64,000 nt of DNA, from positions 419-64,418 of the forward strand of contig CAYGRE010000016.1 in assembly GCA_964352215.1 (NCBI GenBank), written 5' to 3'. Below the pieces are notes generated by a model that ran no database searches, was not told the DNA's origin, and saw nothing but the letters and a program-made list of their open reading frames with translations. Numbering within the stretch: position 1 is the stretch's first letter; each line of letters starts with the position of its first letter. Origin of the DNA: an uncultured Bacteroidia bacterium (GTDB taxonomy: Bacteria > Bacteroidota > Bacteroidia > J057 > JADKCL01). The position numbers and the translations under genes are program-made. Positions 35,895 through 45,394 of the stretch are shown piece after piece.

Positions 35895-37529
35895 TTAAAT
35901 TGGGACACCATGGAAATAGTTCAGCCTGGACAAAGCCTCCTTTACCTCTTCTGTCTTTGCTTCTTTTAACTCCAGCTTCATTGGCGTCCCTCCTGCCTCC
36001 ACTACCCCCTGGTGCTCAACCAGGTAAGGCACTCCTTCCCGCTTCTCTACCCCGATAATCTTATAGGTGTAGCCAATCGGGATATTGGGAAAGCAAATTT
36101 GGTTGCCATTGCAAACCTTGTCACCGGGCAGGATGGAACGCGTCTCCTTCAAAACGAGAAAAAATGCCTTGTCCCCGGGGTTATCCACCTCCAGCGCAAC
36201 ATTCGCCAGCGGCAAACCTGTGTTTAGGTAACGGTCACAATTGATCCAACCCAGCCTTCGACTGCTAAGAATATTGTACATCACGCCCCGGCTACCCCTC
36301 CCTTTCATGGCAACCTGGGTAGTTCCCAAACTGTCCATTTTACCCTCTACTTCGAGCAGAATTCCCTGGTAGTATTCATCGGCAATGATGCCACTCTTTA
36401 CAAAGTTGTCATACTCTTCCTGGAAATCGGCCCATTTGTAATCCCGGTCAATTACTGATTCTGGTTGAAAGAAAAAGGTGATTTTCATATTGTCACTTGA
36501 AACGAATTCGCCCTCTTTTGAAAATGCAGGGTAAAAATGCATTCTTCCTAATAAGCGGCGGCCTTTGTGCGCAAATGAAGGAAATGGATTTCCGAGCAAA
36601 TGAATGTTCTTCGTTTCTCCCCCCGCAGTAACCGTAAATTCAAACGTGCACGAACCCGTGATATTTTTGCGCCCGGCATCAGCGGGATACTCCAAATAAT
36701 TTGAAATGTACACCGACATTGCTCTGGCTCCTCCGGGAAAAGTTGCTCTCCGAACATATTTACCGGGATAGATTCTGGACATATCCCTTTGGTTGAAACC
36801 ATAGCGTTCTGAGATTTCATTTCCCAGGGGTAACCAATCCACGTTTCCATTCTTTCTGCTTCCGATAAATGTCTGCATTCCCCTTTTCAAATCACGGGTT
36901 GGTATCTTCAGTTCAATCTCCTTGTCTTTCCCCAGTTCTAATTCATTCCCTTCGCGGTCCTGAGCGGTAATCTTTAACATCCCACCAGTTTCAAGAATAC
37001 GGTCCCCAGACATGGTTCCCAGTCCATTTTGAATCGACCTGCTTATACTCAGGAATTCATCAACAACCACTTTGACCTGTCCTGATACCGGTTTGCCATC
37101 GGACCTGACAAAAGCATCATGGGGAATGGTAACCAGGCTGCCCTGCCGCCCTTCCACTACGCCTCCCTCCCGACATGAAATATAACTAACCGTAGGTTGC
37201 TCCTCATCTAATTCCATAAGATATGCGAGCCCTTTGTGCTGAACCTGTTTGGTTTCTTTCGAATGGATATCCTGGTTGTTTGCCCTGGCATCCGATTTTA
37301 TTGCGGTCGCCTTCTGTTCCTTCAATCCATCGGTGATATCATCAACTGCATATATTGAAGTGTCCGTTTTCAGAGGTTTTATGGTAGGAATCGCATTGTT
37401 CGTAGCCATAGCGACTGAATCCTTGCTGGTTTCTCCTTCTGCCAGGGTGGACTTGCCTCCGCTATCTGATTGACAGGAGGAAATCAAAAAAAGGAAGGTC
37501 AGGGCTGAAAAAAAGATTGAATTCTTCAT
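35895..37529 (-). CDS. Lipoprotein with an internal TonB-C-like domain; function unknown
   Basis: Start re-set to MKNSIFFSALTFLFLISSCQSD (lipobox LISSC) at 37529. ATFPGGARAMSVYISNYLEYPADAGRKNITGSCTFEFTVTAGGE resembles a TonB C-terminal/energy-transducer fold. Confidence 0.6.
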   Translation of the reverse strand: MKNSIFFSALTFLFLISSCQSDSGGKSTLAEGETSKDSVAMATNNAIPTIKPLKTDTSIYAVDDITDGLKEQKATAIKSDARANNQDIHSKETKQVQHKGLAYLMELDEEQPTVSYISCREGGVVEGRQGSLVTIPHDAFVRSDGKPVSGQVKVVVDEFLSISRSIQNGLGTMSGDRILETGGMLKITAQDREGNELELGKDKEIELKIPTRDLKRGMQTFIGSRKNGNVDWLPLGNEISERYGFNQRDMSRIYPGKYVRRATFPGGARAMSVYISNYLEYPADAGRKNITGSCTFEFTVTAGGETKNIHLLGNPFPSFAHKGRRLLGRMHFYPAFSKEGEFVSSDNMKITFFFQPESVIDRDYKWADFQEEYDNFVKSGIIADEYYQGILLEVEGKMDSLGTTQVAMKGRGSRGVMYNILSSRRLGWINCDRYLNTGLPLANVALEVDNPGDKAFFLVLKETRSILPGDKVCNGNQICFPNIPIGYTYKIIGVEKREGVPYLVEHQGVVEAGGTPMKLELKEAKTEEVKEALSRLNYFHGVPI

Positions 37530-37639
37530 GGTTCTTGGTTGAGTGTACTGTCCACAGAACGGACTATTGGCAGAAGGTAACACCCCCTCTCCCCAATTAT
37601 TTTTCCAGAGTTGCCTCTCCTTGTATTAAATTTGGGGCA

Positions 37640-38209
37640 ATGGACAGAAAAAAAAGGTTCTTCAACAGGATGCTTTTGGTTTGTGGAGGAAGTGCCCTCC
37701 TCGCCTTTGCGCTGTATATTTTGTTCACCAAAAGGCAGGCGCGGTACTATTACATTCCAGAAGGATACACTGGGTGGGTCACTGTCAAGTATGAAAAGGA
37801 AGGGCAACCACCGTTGAAAGAAGTAGATGGGACCTGGGAGTTGAGAATACCTGCCTCAGGGGTGTTGGAAACATCCAGTTCATTGGGGAGCGGCTGGGCC
37901 CGGGACGAGTTTTTCTGGACTGACGGTGTGAATGACGAGAAAATTCCGAGGAAGGTGGATGTTGATGGCGAAGCGATGCGGTCTGTGCATGACCGGGAGG
38001 AGGGGTCACCCGACTATTCAGAATTGATGATTAACATGCCGGATGGAAGCGACACCACCTTATGGGACGGTACCCGAATTTCCAAACAGGGTCAATCTGT
38101 AGAAGTACGGTCAGGACGTAACCTTCTTGAACATTTTTACATTACCGCTGAGCCTCAACCTTTCTTTTTTGAGCATGATTCCGTTCCAGACGACCGGAAA
38201 ATCTGGTAA
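37640..38209 (+). CDS. Hypothetical membrane-anchored protein
   Basis: Start re-set to the ATG at 37640 (MDRKKRFFNRMLLVCGGSALLAFALYILF). 189 aa with one N-terminal TM segment. The track ORF from 37517 overlaps the divergent lipoprotein gene. Confidence 0.5.
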   Translation: MDRKKRFFNRMLLVCGGSALLAFALYILFTKRQARYYYIPEGYTGWVTVKYEKEGQPPLKEVDGTWELRIPASGVLETSSSLGSGWARDEFFWTDGVNDEKIPRKVDVDGEAMRSVHDREEGSPDYSELMINMPDGSDTTLWDGTRISKQGQSVEVRSGRNLLEHFYITAEPQPFFFEHDSVPDDRKIW

Positions 38210-38289
38210 GTAATCAAAATGAAGTGGTGTAAAGCCCCGTAAATGAATAAAAAAGCTGAATAGCTTTTGGTAATTATGGGAAAGCACAC

Positions 38290-38297
38290 TAATTTTG
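38290..38297 (+). promoter_or_regulatory. Candidate Bacteroidota sigma-A -7 element (TAnnTTTG) upstream of rpsP
   Basis: TAATTTTG lies 46 nt upstream of the rpsP ATG and matches the TAnnTTTG consensus described for Bacteroidetes promoters. Confidence 0.4.
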
Positions 38298-38342
38298 CAA
38301 CTCGTTCGAAATTAAAGAATAGCATAAAGTCTAAAATAGAAT

Positions 38343-38897
38343 ATGTCGGTAAGACTCAGATTAAGCAGACAAGGACGTAAGGGTCGCCCCTTCTACTACA
38401 TCGTAGCGGCTGATTCCCGTTCCCGTCGTGATGGAAGGTACCTGGAGAAATTAGGTACTTACAATCCCATCCCGGATCCAGCACAAATTGATGTGAACCA
38501 CGATGCAGCCCTGAAGTGGTTGCTGGATGGAGCACAGCCATCAGATACAGTACGGTCGATTCTGCGCTACGCAGGGATCAATCTGAAGTTTGCTTTGATC
38601 AAGCAGGGGAAAACCGAAGAAGAAGTTGAGACGATTTACCAGCGGTGGGTAGCCGAAAAAGAAGCTAAGATCACCGGAAAGAAAAGTCGTCTTCAAGAAG
38701 AAGCTGCTCAGAAAGCTGAAGAAGCCAAAGCTCAGGAAGCTAAGGTTCGTGAAGCAAAAGCTGCTGCCATTGCTGCCAAGAACGCTCCTCCTAAGGAAGA
38801 AGTTGTTGAAGCTGCACCTGAGGCAGAAGAAGAAGCCCCTGAAGCTGAAGCTGCTGCTCCTGAAGCAGAGGCTACGGAAGAGACTTCTGCTGAGTAA
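38343..38897 (+). CDS. rpsP: 30S ribosomal protein S16 with a long Ala/Glu/Lys-rich C-terminal extension
   Basis: [42 protein letters not shown] is the canonical S16 N-terminus. Confidence 0.95.
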   Translation: MSVRLRLSRQGRKGRPFYYIVAADSRSRRDGRYLEKLGTYNPIPDPAQIDVNHDAALKWLLDGAQPSDTVRSILRYAGINLKFALIKQGKTEEEVETIYQRWVAEKEAKITGKKSRLQEEAAQKAEEAKAQEAKVREAKAAAIAAKNAPPKEEVVEAAPEAEEEAPEAEAAAPEAEATEETSAE

Positions 38898-38905
38898 GCA
38901 TTTCT

Positions 38906-39430
38906 ATGCTAATAGACGAATGCTACTGGGTAGGTGAGATCAGAAAAGCTCACGGAATTAAAGGAGAAGTAAAAGCTTACTTCGACGTTGACTACCTGGA
39001 AGAATACATAGACATGGAGTCAGTTTATATCCTTAACGGAAATAAATTGACTCCATTTTTCGTTTCTAAAATCAATCCTATTGGCCCTAACCTGGCCATT
39101 CTTACCCTGCGGGATGTCCATACACGAGAAGATGCAGAAGCCATCTTCGGCATGGAAATGTACCTTCCACTGGACGCGCTGCCGGAATTAGAAGAAGGAC
39201 AATTTTACTACCATGACATCATTGGGTTCTCAGTTGAAGATCAAAATCTAGGCATCTTGGGAACCGTCAAAGAAGTCCAGGAAATGCCCGCCAGTGATCT
39301 CCTGATCATGCACTACAAGGGCGCGGACGTGATGATTCCCATCACCGACCAAATTGTACTGAAAGCTGACGTTCCCAATGGGAAAGTATTCACCAACCTC
39401 CCGGAAGGTCTTTTAGAAATCTATACTTAA
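38906..39430 (+). CDS. rimM: 16S rRNA processing protein RimM
   Basis: 174 aa. GEIRKAHGIKGEVKAYFDVD (RimM N-terminal barrel) plus a PRC-barrel-like C-terminus. Conserved rpsP-rimM synteny. Confidence 0.9.
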   Translation: MLIDECYWVGEIRKAHGIKGEVKAYFDVDYLEEYIDMESVYILNGNKLTPFFVSKINPIGPNLAILTLRDVHTREDAEAIFGMEMYLPLDALPELEEGQFYYHDIIGFSVEDQNLGILGTVKEVQEMPASDLLIMHYKGADVMIPITDQIVLKADVPNGKVFTNLPEGLLEIYT

Positions 39431-40275
39431 AAGTGGATGTCTATCGCCTCTAACAAGGCCTTGATATCATCTACACGGTCCTGCTTTCCTGTCCTGTCAA
39501 AATCAACAATCAGATTGTTCAACAAGGACAGGATGATGTAAATATTTGAAGTCGGTTTAAAATACGAGGCCTTGGGCTCAACTTTTACCTGTTCCAAATA
39601 ATTCTTGAGACGCTCCCGGTTAAAGGTCTTTCCACCGTTATAGACATCTATATAAAACGGATCTTTCCGGTCATTGTAGTACAAGATGAAATACCCCGGA
39701 AGGAGAACCCCTCCAACCGGCATGTCCAATTGCTGGGCAATAATCAAATAAAGCAAGGACAGAGACATTACATTCCCCTGTTGCTGCTCTATCAGATAGT
39801 TCAGGAAATTATTGTTCGGGTGCTGTGGACGGGCATTGTTCGGTCCATAGCCTTCCATTCTGAAGATGATATGATTCAGAACCTTTATCTGGTCAAATGG
39901 TGAGGCACTGGTGTCCAGTTCCAACCAGGCTTTATTGACCAACCGATTGAACTCCTTTCGGAACAGTTCAAACTCCAGATCTGGAAATTGAATCCTGGAA
40001 ACCAGAAACCATCCCATGAGCAGGTCCTTTCCCCCACCCCGTCGCCACTCCAGCAATTCCCTTGCCACCTCCTGCATCTGCAGACGGTGAATGGTATCTT
40101 CCAGGATACTTTGTACAACCGGGTCCTTAGAAATCTCCCATTCTGCTTCCAGCCTTTCCACACCTTCATTTCCCATGGCCAGCAACTCCGCCCACACTTG
40201 CTGACTGACATCAGGATCTTCATCATCGAGCAGACGTATGAGCGCTTTGAATTTTTGATCACTTATGGTTGCCAT
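39427..40275 (-). CDS. SirB1/YchA-like transglutaminase-fold protein
   Basis: Start re-set to MATISDQKF at 40275. GNVMSLSLLYLIIAQQLDMPVGGVLLPGYFILYY....FYIDVYNGG resembles the SirB1/UPF0162 family. Confidence 0.65.
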   Translation of the reverse strand: MATISDQKFKALIRLLDDEDPDVSQQVWAELLAMGNEGVERLEAEWEISKDPVVQSILEDTIHRLQMQEVARELLEWRRGGGKDLLMGWFLVSRIQFPDLEFELFRKEFNRLVNKAWLELDTSASPFDQIKVLNHIIFRMEGYGPNNARPQHPNNNFLNYLIEQQQGNVMSLSLLYLIIAQQLDMPVGGVLLPGYFILYYNDRKDPFYIDVYNGGKTFNRERLKNYLEQVKVEPKASYFKPTSNIYIILSLLNNLIVDFDRTGKQDRVDDIKALLEAIDIHF

Positions 40276-40400
40276 CCTATCTCCTTTCTTTTTGATTAAG
40301 ATTCCCAATGGGAATGCGGTCAAGAAATTGTACCAAGATTTACTAAACAAACGATACTGCGGAACAAAGGTTGCACCGGGAAAGAAAGAAGCTGGAATGA

Positions 40401-42071
40401 TCAGGTTTGGATTACACCGACATTATAGGGTGGAATAACTGGATTGTGAGAAGCTACCTCAATCCCGGTAGAGATGATTGATCTGGTATCCACTGGATGA
40501 ATGATTCCGTCTACCCACAACCTGGCGGCTGCGTAATAGGGAGAAATCTGGGCATTGTATCTTTCAGTGATCTCTTTGAGCATTTCTTGTTGGTCCTCCT
40601 CGCTGATCTCCAATCCCTTCTTCTTCATGGATGATACCTGTATTTGCAGCAGCGTCTTCGCTGCGGATTCACCACTCATTACCGCCATTTCAGCACTCGG
40701 CCAAGCAAAGATAAGCCGGGGGTCGTAGGCCTTGCCACACATTGCGTAATTGCCCGCTCCATAAGAATTACCAATGATAAAGGTAAACTTAGGCACTACA
40801 GAGTTTGCCATAGCAGATACGAGCTTCGCACCATCTTTGATGATCCCGCCATGCTCTGCACGTGACCCTACCATAAATCCAGTCACATCCTGGAGAAAAA
40901 CCAGCGGGATTCTTTTCTGATTGCAGTTCATGATGAAGCGTGCCGCTTTGTCCGCAGAATCAGAATAGATCACTCCCCCTACCTGCATCTCGCCTTTCTT
41001 ACTTTTCACCACCTGGCGCTGATTGGCAACGATACCAACTGACCAACCGTCAACATAGGCGTAACCGGTGATAATGGACTGCCCATATCCTTCTTTGTAT
41101 TCATCCCAACTATCCCGGTCAATGATCCTTTCGATGATGTCCCGCATGTCGTAAGCCGCCTTACGGCTATCAGGCAGGATTCCGAGCACTTCACGGGGAT
41201 CAAATCTTGGGAGGGAAGGATTCGTTCGTTTAAAAACATTGGTTGGTGGACGATTGATCTTTGCAATCAATGAACGAATCCGTATCAGCGCAGATTTATC
41301 GTCAGGAACCTTATAATCGGTAACGCCCGAGATTTCACAATGGGTAGTCGCACCTCCCAAAGTTTCATTGTCAATGGTTTCTCCGATGGCGGAGCGTACG
41401 AGGTAAGAACCTGCAAGGAATACAGACCCTGTGCCATCAACAATCATGGCCTCATCGCTCATGATCGGGAGATAAGCTCCACCTGCAACACAGGGCCCCA
41501 TGATGGCTGCCAGTTGCGGAATCCCCATGGAACTCATCACCGCATTGTTCCGAAATATTCTACCAAAATGCTCTTTGTCTGGAAAAATCTCGTCCTGCAT
41601 GGGAAGGAATACGCCAGCAGAATCTACAAGATAGATGATGGGCAAATGGTTTTCCATGGCGATTTCCTGAGCCCTCAGGTTTTTCTTTCCCGCCATGGGA
41701 AACCACGCGCCAGCCTTCACCGTTGCATCATTGGCAACAATCATGCAAAGCTGACCTGACACTTTCCCAATCCCTGTTACCACCCCTGCTGAAGGACAAC
41801 CTCCATATTCTTCATACATACCATCAGCAGCAAGTGCCCCGATCTCCATGAACTTATAGCGATCATCCAGCAGATAGGCAATTCGCTCCCGGGCAGTCAT
41901 TTTACCTTTGGCCTTGTGCTTATCGGTGGATTTTTTGCCTCCACCCTTCTTGACTTCATCCAGCCTTCCTTCTAACCTGCGAAGAAGTTCACGATTGTGA
42001 TCTTCATTCTTATTGAATTCAAGGTCATTGTCCTCGAAAGCTCTCTCGTAACTATTATTTTCCATGGACAA
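40401..42071 (-). CDS. Acyl-CoA carboxylase carboxyltransferase (beta) subunit, methylcrotonyl/propionyl-CoA carboxylase type
   Basis: 556 aa. TARERIAYLLD, duplicated crotonase-like carboxyltransferase halves (GPCVAGGAYLPIMSD; IGNSYGAGNYAMCG). Confidence 0.9.
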   Translation of the reverse strand: MSMENNSYERAFEDNDLEFNKNEDHNRELLRRLEGRLDEVKKGGGKKSTDKHKAKGKMTARERIAYLLDDRYKFMEIGALAADGMYEEYGGCPSAGVVTGIGKVSGQLCMIVANDATVKAGAWFPMAGKKNLRAQEIAMENHLPIIYLVDSAGVFLPMQDEIFPDKEHFGRIFRNNAVMSSMGIPQLAAIMGPCVAGGAYLPIMSDEAMIVDGTGSVFLAGSYLVRSAIGETIDNETLGGATTHCEISGVTDYKVPDDKSALIRIRSLIAKINRPPTNVFKRTNPSLPRFDPREVLGILPDSRKAAYDMRDIIERIIDRDSWDEYKEGYGQSIITGYAYVDGWSVGIVANQRQVVKSKKGEMQVGGVIYSDSADKAARFIMNCNQKRIPLVFLQDVTGFMVGSRAEHGGIIKDGAKLVSAMANSVVPKFTFIIGNSYGAGNYAMCGKAYDPRLIFAWPSAEMAVMSGESAAKTLLQIQVSSMKKKGLEISEEDQQEMLKEITERYNAQISPYYAAARLWVDGIIHPVDTRSIISTGIEVASHNPVIPPYNVGVIQT

Positions 42072-42200
42072 GAAATTTAAGTGGAGAAGGGGGTATTTAC
42101 AAGCATTGGGGAAATAAGACCACTAATTCTCTGGGAATCAACTGGAAATAGATTCAACACAAAGAAGTCAATCGGATTCGGTTATGAGAAAAAAGGGCAA

Positions 42201-42290
42201 AAAAAGTGCGGTGTCTCACTGATCAACCATCTAAGGCTGCTTCCTTCCGGACCTGACCTGATTCAATAGGATCTAGTAGCACCGCAAGAC
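42201..42290 (-). ncRNA. ffs: Small bacterial signal recognition particle RNA (4.5S RNA)
   Basis: The minus strand reads UGCGGUGCUACUAGAUCCUAUUGAAUCAGGUCAGGUCCGGAAGGAAGCAGCCUUAGAUGGUUGAUCAGUGAGACACCGCA followed by CUUUUUUU. It contains the universally conserved domain IV sequence GGUCAGGUCCGGAAGGAAGCAGCC (identical to E. coli 4.5S over this stretch). The 5' UGCGGUG pairs with the 3' CACCGCA, and a U-tail terminator follows. The ends are approximate (+/- 5 nt). Confidence 0.88.
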
Positions 42291-42355
42291 AAAGGTAAAT
42301 GAGAAGTTTGAATTCACAAAGGTATTCTTAGCTTTTTTCATGAACAGGGAAACTA

Positions 42356-42363
42356 TATTTTTG
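42356..42363 (+). promoter_or_regulatory. Candidate TAnnTTTG -7 element immediately upstream of ribD (would give a leaderless or near-leaderless mRNA)
   Basis: TATTTTTG ends 6 nt before the ribD ATG. Confidence 0.3.
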
Positions 42364-42368
42364 ACAAC

Positions 42369-43418
42369 ATGGATCCATTCTTAAAAAGATGTCTCGATCT
42401 GGCCAGAATTCCAGGTGCTTATGTAGAACCCAATCCCAGGGTAGGTGCGGTAGTGGTTCACAAAGGATCCATAATTGGGGAGGGCTGGCACGAATTATAC
42501 GGAGCTCCCCATGCAGAGGTCAATGCGGTCAATTCCGTAAAGGACAAATCTTTACTGCCCCTGTCTACCCTTTATGTTTCCCTCGAACCCTGTAACCACC
42601 ATGGAAAAACCCCTCCTTGCACCCAGCTCATCTTAAAATCCCGGATTCCCAAGGTTGTGATCGGGGCCCTCGACCCAAATCCCAAAATGGCGGGAAGTTC
42701 GGTGGCACTCCTGAGATCCAAAGGAGTTGAGGTAGTTGTGAATGATTCACCTGCTCCCTTTTGGGAGCTCAACAAGCATTTCCAGTACAATCAATTGACC
42801 CAACTCCCCTTTATCACGCTTAAGTGGGCCGAAAGCACCGATGGCTTCATCGCAGGTTTATCCAACCAGGAAAAGCCCCTGCAAACAACCATCTCCCCCC
42901 CTTTTTTATCCCGTTGGGTACACTTCCTTAGGCACGAACACCAGGCCATTATGGTGGGTAAACACACAGTAATTACAGATGATCCCGCCCTTACAACGCG
43001 CAAGTGGCCTGGTTACAGTCCGCTAAAGATTTTCTTTGACCGTCAGTTGGAAATACCCCTCACTGCAAAAATTTACAATTCCGGTCCGGTAGTAGTCATA
43101 AATGAACTCCGCAACGAGGTCGTGGGAAATGCCACCTACTTCGTTCCCGTGGAGGAGGAAGCATTTTTGGAGCTCAAGATGCTATTGACCGAACTGTATG
43201 GAAGACTTGGGATCGGTAGTATCCTGGTTGAGGGAGGAAAAAATCTATTGGACCAATTTATTGACCAAGAGATCTGGAACGAGATTTGGAGAAATGTAGG
43301 AGATGAACAATTGGGGAATGGAATCAAGGCACCAGCTGGATATGGCAATATGAATTGGGTTCCAGATGCTCACGGTCAACTTTGGCACAAAAAGAATCCG
43401 GCGCTCAGGTTGCCCTGA
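42369..43418 (+). CDS. ribD: Bifunctional riboflavin biosynthesis protein RibD (pyrimidine deaminase / uracil reductase)
   Basis: 349 aa. Deaminase zinc motifs HAEVNAV and PCNHHGKTPPC. C-terminal RibD_C reductase-like domain (ITLKWAESTDGFIA). Confidence 0.92.
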   Translation: MDPFLKRCLDLARIPGAYVEPNPRVGAVVVHKGSIIGEGWHELYGAPHAEVNAVNSVKDKSLLPLSTLYVSLEPCNHHGKTPPCTQLILKSRIPKVVIGALDPNPKMAGSSVALLRSKGVEVVVNDSPAPFWELNKHFQYNQLTQLPFITLKWAESTDGFIAGLSNQEKPLQTTISPPFLSRWVHFLRHEHQAIMVGKHTVITDDPALTTRKWPGYSPLKIFFDRQLEIPLTAKIYNSGPVVVINELRNEVVGNATYFVPVEEEAFLELKMLLTELYGRLGIGSILVEGGKNLLDQFIDQEIWNEIWRNVGDEQLGNGIKAPAGYGNMNWVPDAHGQLWHKKNPALRLP

Positions 43419-43886
43419 GGTTGCCGGATTCGGTGTAATTGGGTCCATCAACGGACCCTCCAATAGGTTTGCAAGGTTGCTTGTTAGTATGTGAGGCTCG
43501 CTTTTATAGGGTCAGTTGCTTGGGATCTACACCAGGTTTTCGGATAGTAAGGATCGTTCAGGCTGAAATTCATGGTTAAGCTTTCCCGTCGGTAAACGCT
43601 GATATTTCAATGTTCCAAAGTGTCTGGTTTTGCTCGTCGGCATGTTGTCTGCCGCCTGGTCTCGTTTTAGAACTTATTTTGTGTTTCGTTTTTTTCATTG
43701 TATTTCCTTGACAATTCAAAGGTGCAGGTTAGCCTCCAAATTTCCCTGAACGAAAATCTCCCATTCATACAATGAGTATTCACCATACATCCCGCCTATT
43801 CATATTAAAACCAAAAATAAGCTCTATATTGGAAACGAATAATTACAACGGGAAACACACCTGTCCCTTCAATAAAATCTCAAACC

Positions 43887-45377
43887 GTGGAAAAAAGGAA
43901 GATTATTCAATGGCTGAGACGTCTTGCCCCAGAGGAACGACATCAATTTTCAGAGTTTCTCAGATCCTCCCTCCATAGCAACCGTCCCCAATTGGGTCAG
44001 ATGATGGACCTGCTGATTGCGTTCTTTTTTGACCAGCCAGGAGAAGAGGTTAGCAATGAAGCCTACTGGGCACTGGTATACCCTGACAAACCCTACAATG
44101 CCAATTTGCTGAACCGATTGTTGTCCGAAATGACAGGAGAGTTGAAGTCCTTTCTGGGACTGCTTCAGTACCAAAAAGATGTGGCCCTGCAACAGGTCAG
44201 TCTGATGCGGGAATACCGGGAACGAGATTGGGAGGATGTAATTCCAAAGGAAATTGTCAAAGCCCATACAAAGCTGGACGCTGAGATACCAAGGAACGAA
44301 GAGTACTACCATGCAAAATTGCAATTGGCGGTAGAGCGGATGTACTACGACTCCCAAAACCTTGGAAAAGTTCCAGGACCGATTTTTCAAGATAATATTG
44401 ATAAACTGGAAATTTACTTCGTGCTGCGCCTCCTGAAGTTCAGAATGTACAGCAGCCAACACGACAGGATGCACAGAACGGATCACAAAATCAGATTCCA
44501 AGCTCAACTCTGGCCTGAATTTGCGGCAAACAATCTTCCCGAATCAGAAATGGTAAGCATCTATTGGCTTGTAGAAGTGCTCAAATTGGAAAAAGATCAG
44601 GTGAAATCCTTTGAGGAGTATCTGGACCTGTTAATGAGAATCACCCCCGACTACCAAAATGATCCTGGCCCTCACCGAATCTCCAAGCAAGAATGCGAAG
44701 ATCTATATATTGTTGGGCAGAACCATTGTACATTAGGGATAAACAGAGGAGAAAATCAATTCGGCGAATATTTCATTAAACTAAATTCTAAGGGTTTAAA
44801 AAGTGGGGTGCTCTTGACCACTGGCCAAGTTAAAGCCGTTATTTTTGTCCAGATGATAATCCCACTGATCAAGTTGAAGAAGTTTCAATGGGCTCAGGAT
44901 TTTATCCAGAATTACAGTCATTTGATCAGACAAGAAGAAAGGGAATCGACTATCCTATTCCTGAATGCCAGCATCTATTTTGCCATGGGTAAGTATACTT
45001 TGGCAAAGAAATATTTCCTGAAGACTAAGAACTTATTCTCCATTTCCACACCGTTAGGTATCAATTTGAACTTAAGGCAAATGTTATGTCGCCTATATTT
45101 CGAAGAAGGTGACTTTGAAGCGTTTCTTTATGAAGCCAACGCATTCCTGACCTTTACCCGCCGCAACAAGTTCTTCTCACAAGCGAAATTTCGCCGTTAC
45201 CAGGAATTCGTCCGGCTTTCCAAAAGCCTCGAGAGAATCATTCACAGTCCATCGGGCGAAAAGAAAACCAGGAAACTTCTAGCACTCAAGGATGAGGTTT
45301 CAAGTGCACCGGCATTAACCGCTAAGAGTTGGCTCCTGGAGAAAATAGAAAATGAAATGGGGCTGAACCATTGCTGA
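43887..45377 (+). CDS. Hypothetical all-alpha (TPR-like) protein
   Basis: 496 aa, GTG start. Helical repeat-like composition throughout. No catalytic motif recognised. Confidence 0.5.
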   Translation: MEKRKIIQWLRRLAPEERHQFSEFLRSSLHSNRPQLGQMMDLLIAFFFDQPGEEVSNEAYWALVYPDKPYNANLLNRLLSEMTGELKSFLGLLQYQKDVALQQVSLMREYRERDWEDVIPKEIVKAHTKLDAEIPRNEEYYHAKLQLAVERMYYDSQNLGKVPGPIFQDNIDKLEIYFVLRLLKFRMYSSQHDRMHRTDHKIRFQAQLWPEFAANNLPESEMVSIYWLVEVLKLEKDQVKSFEEYLDLLMRITPDYQNDPGPHRISKQECEDLYIVGQNHCTLGINRGENQFGEYFIKLNSKGLKSGVLLTTGQVKAVIFVQMIIPLIKLKKFQWAQDFIQNYSHLIRQEERESTILFLNASIYFAMGKYTLAKKYFLKTKNLFSISTPLGINLNLRQMLCRLYFEEGDFEAFLYEANAFLTFTRRNKFFSQAKFRRYQEFVRLSKSLERIIHSPSGEKKTRKLLALKDEVSSAPALTAKSWLLEKIENEMGLNHC

Positions 45378-45394
45378 TCAGCCCCAAATTTTCT

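Noticed and set aside
38650-38897. The low-complexity Ala/Glu/Lys-rich tail of ribosomal protein S16, considered as a possible fusion or artefact.
   Set aside because: Extended charged C-terminal tails on S16 are common in Bacteroidota. The frame is continuous and rimM follows in the normal position.
42072-42368. An FMN (RFN) riboswitch upstream of ribD, and the 62-aa ORF 42081-42269.
   Set aside because: I could not find the conserved RFN core strings in the plus strand. The structured sequence here is the minus-strand SRP RNA, which also explains away the ORF.
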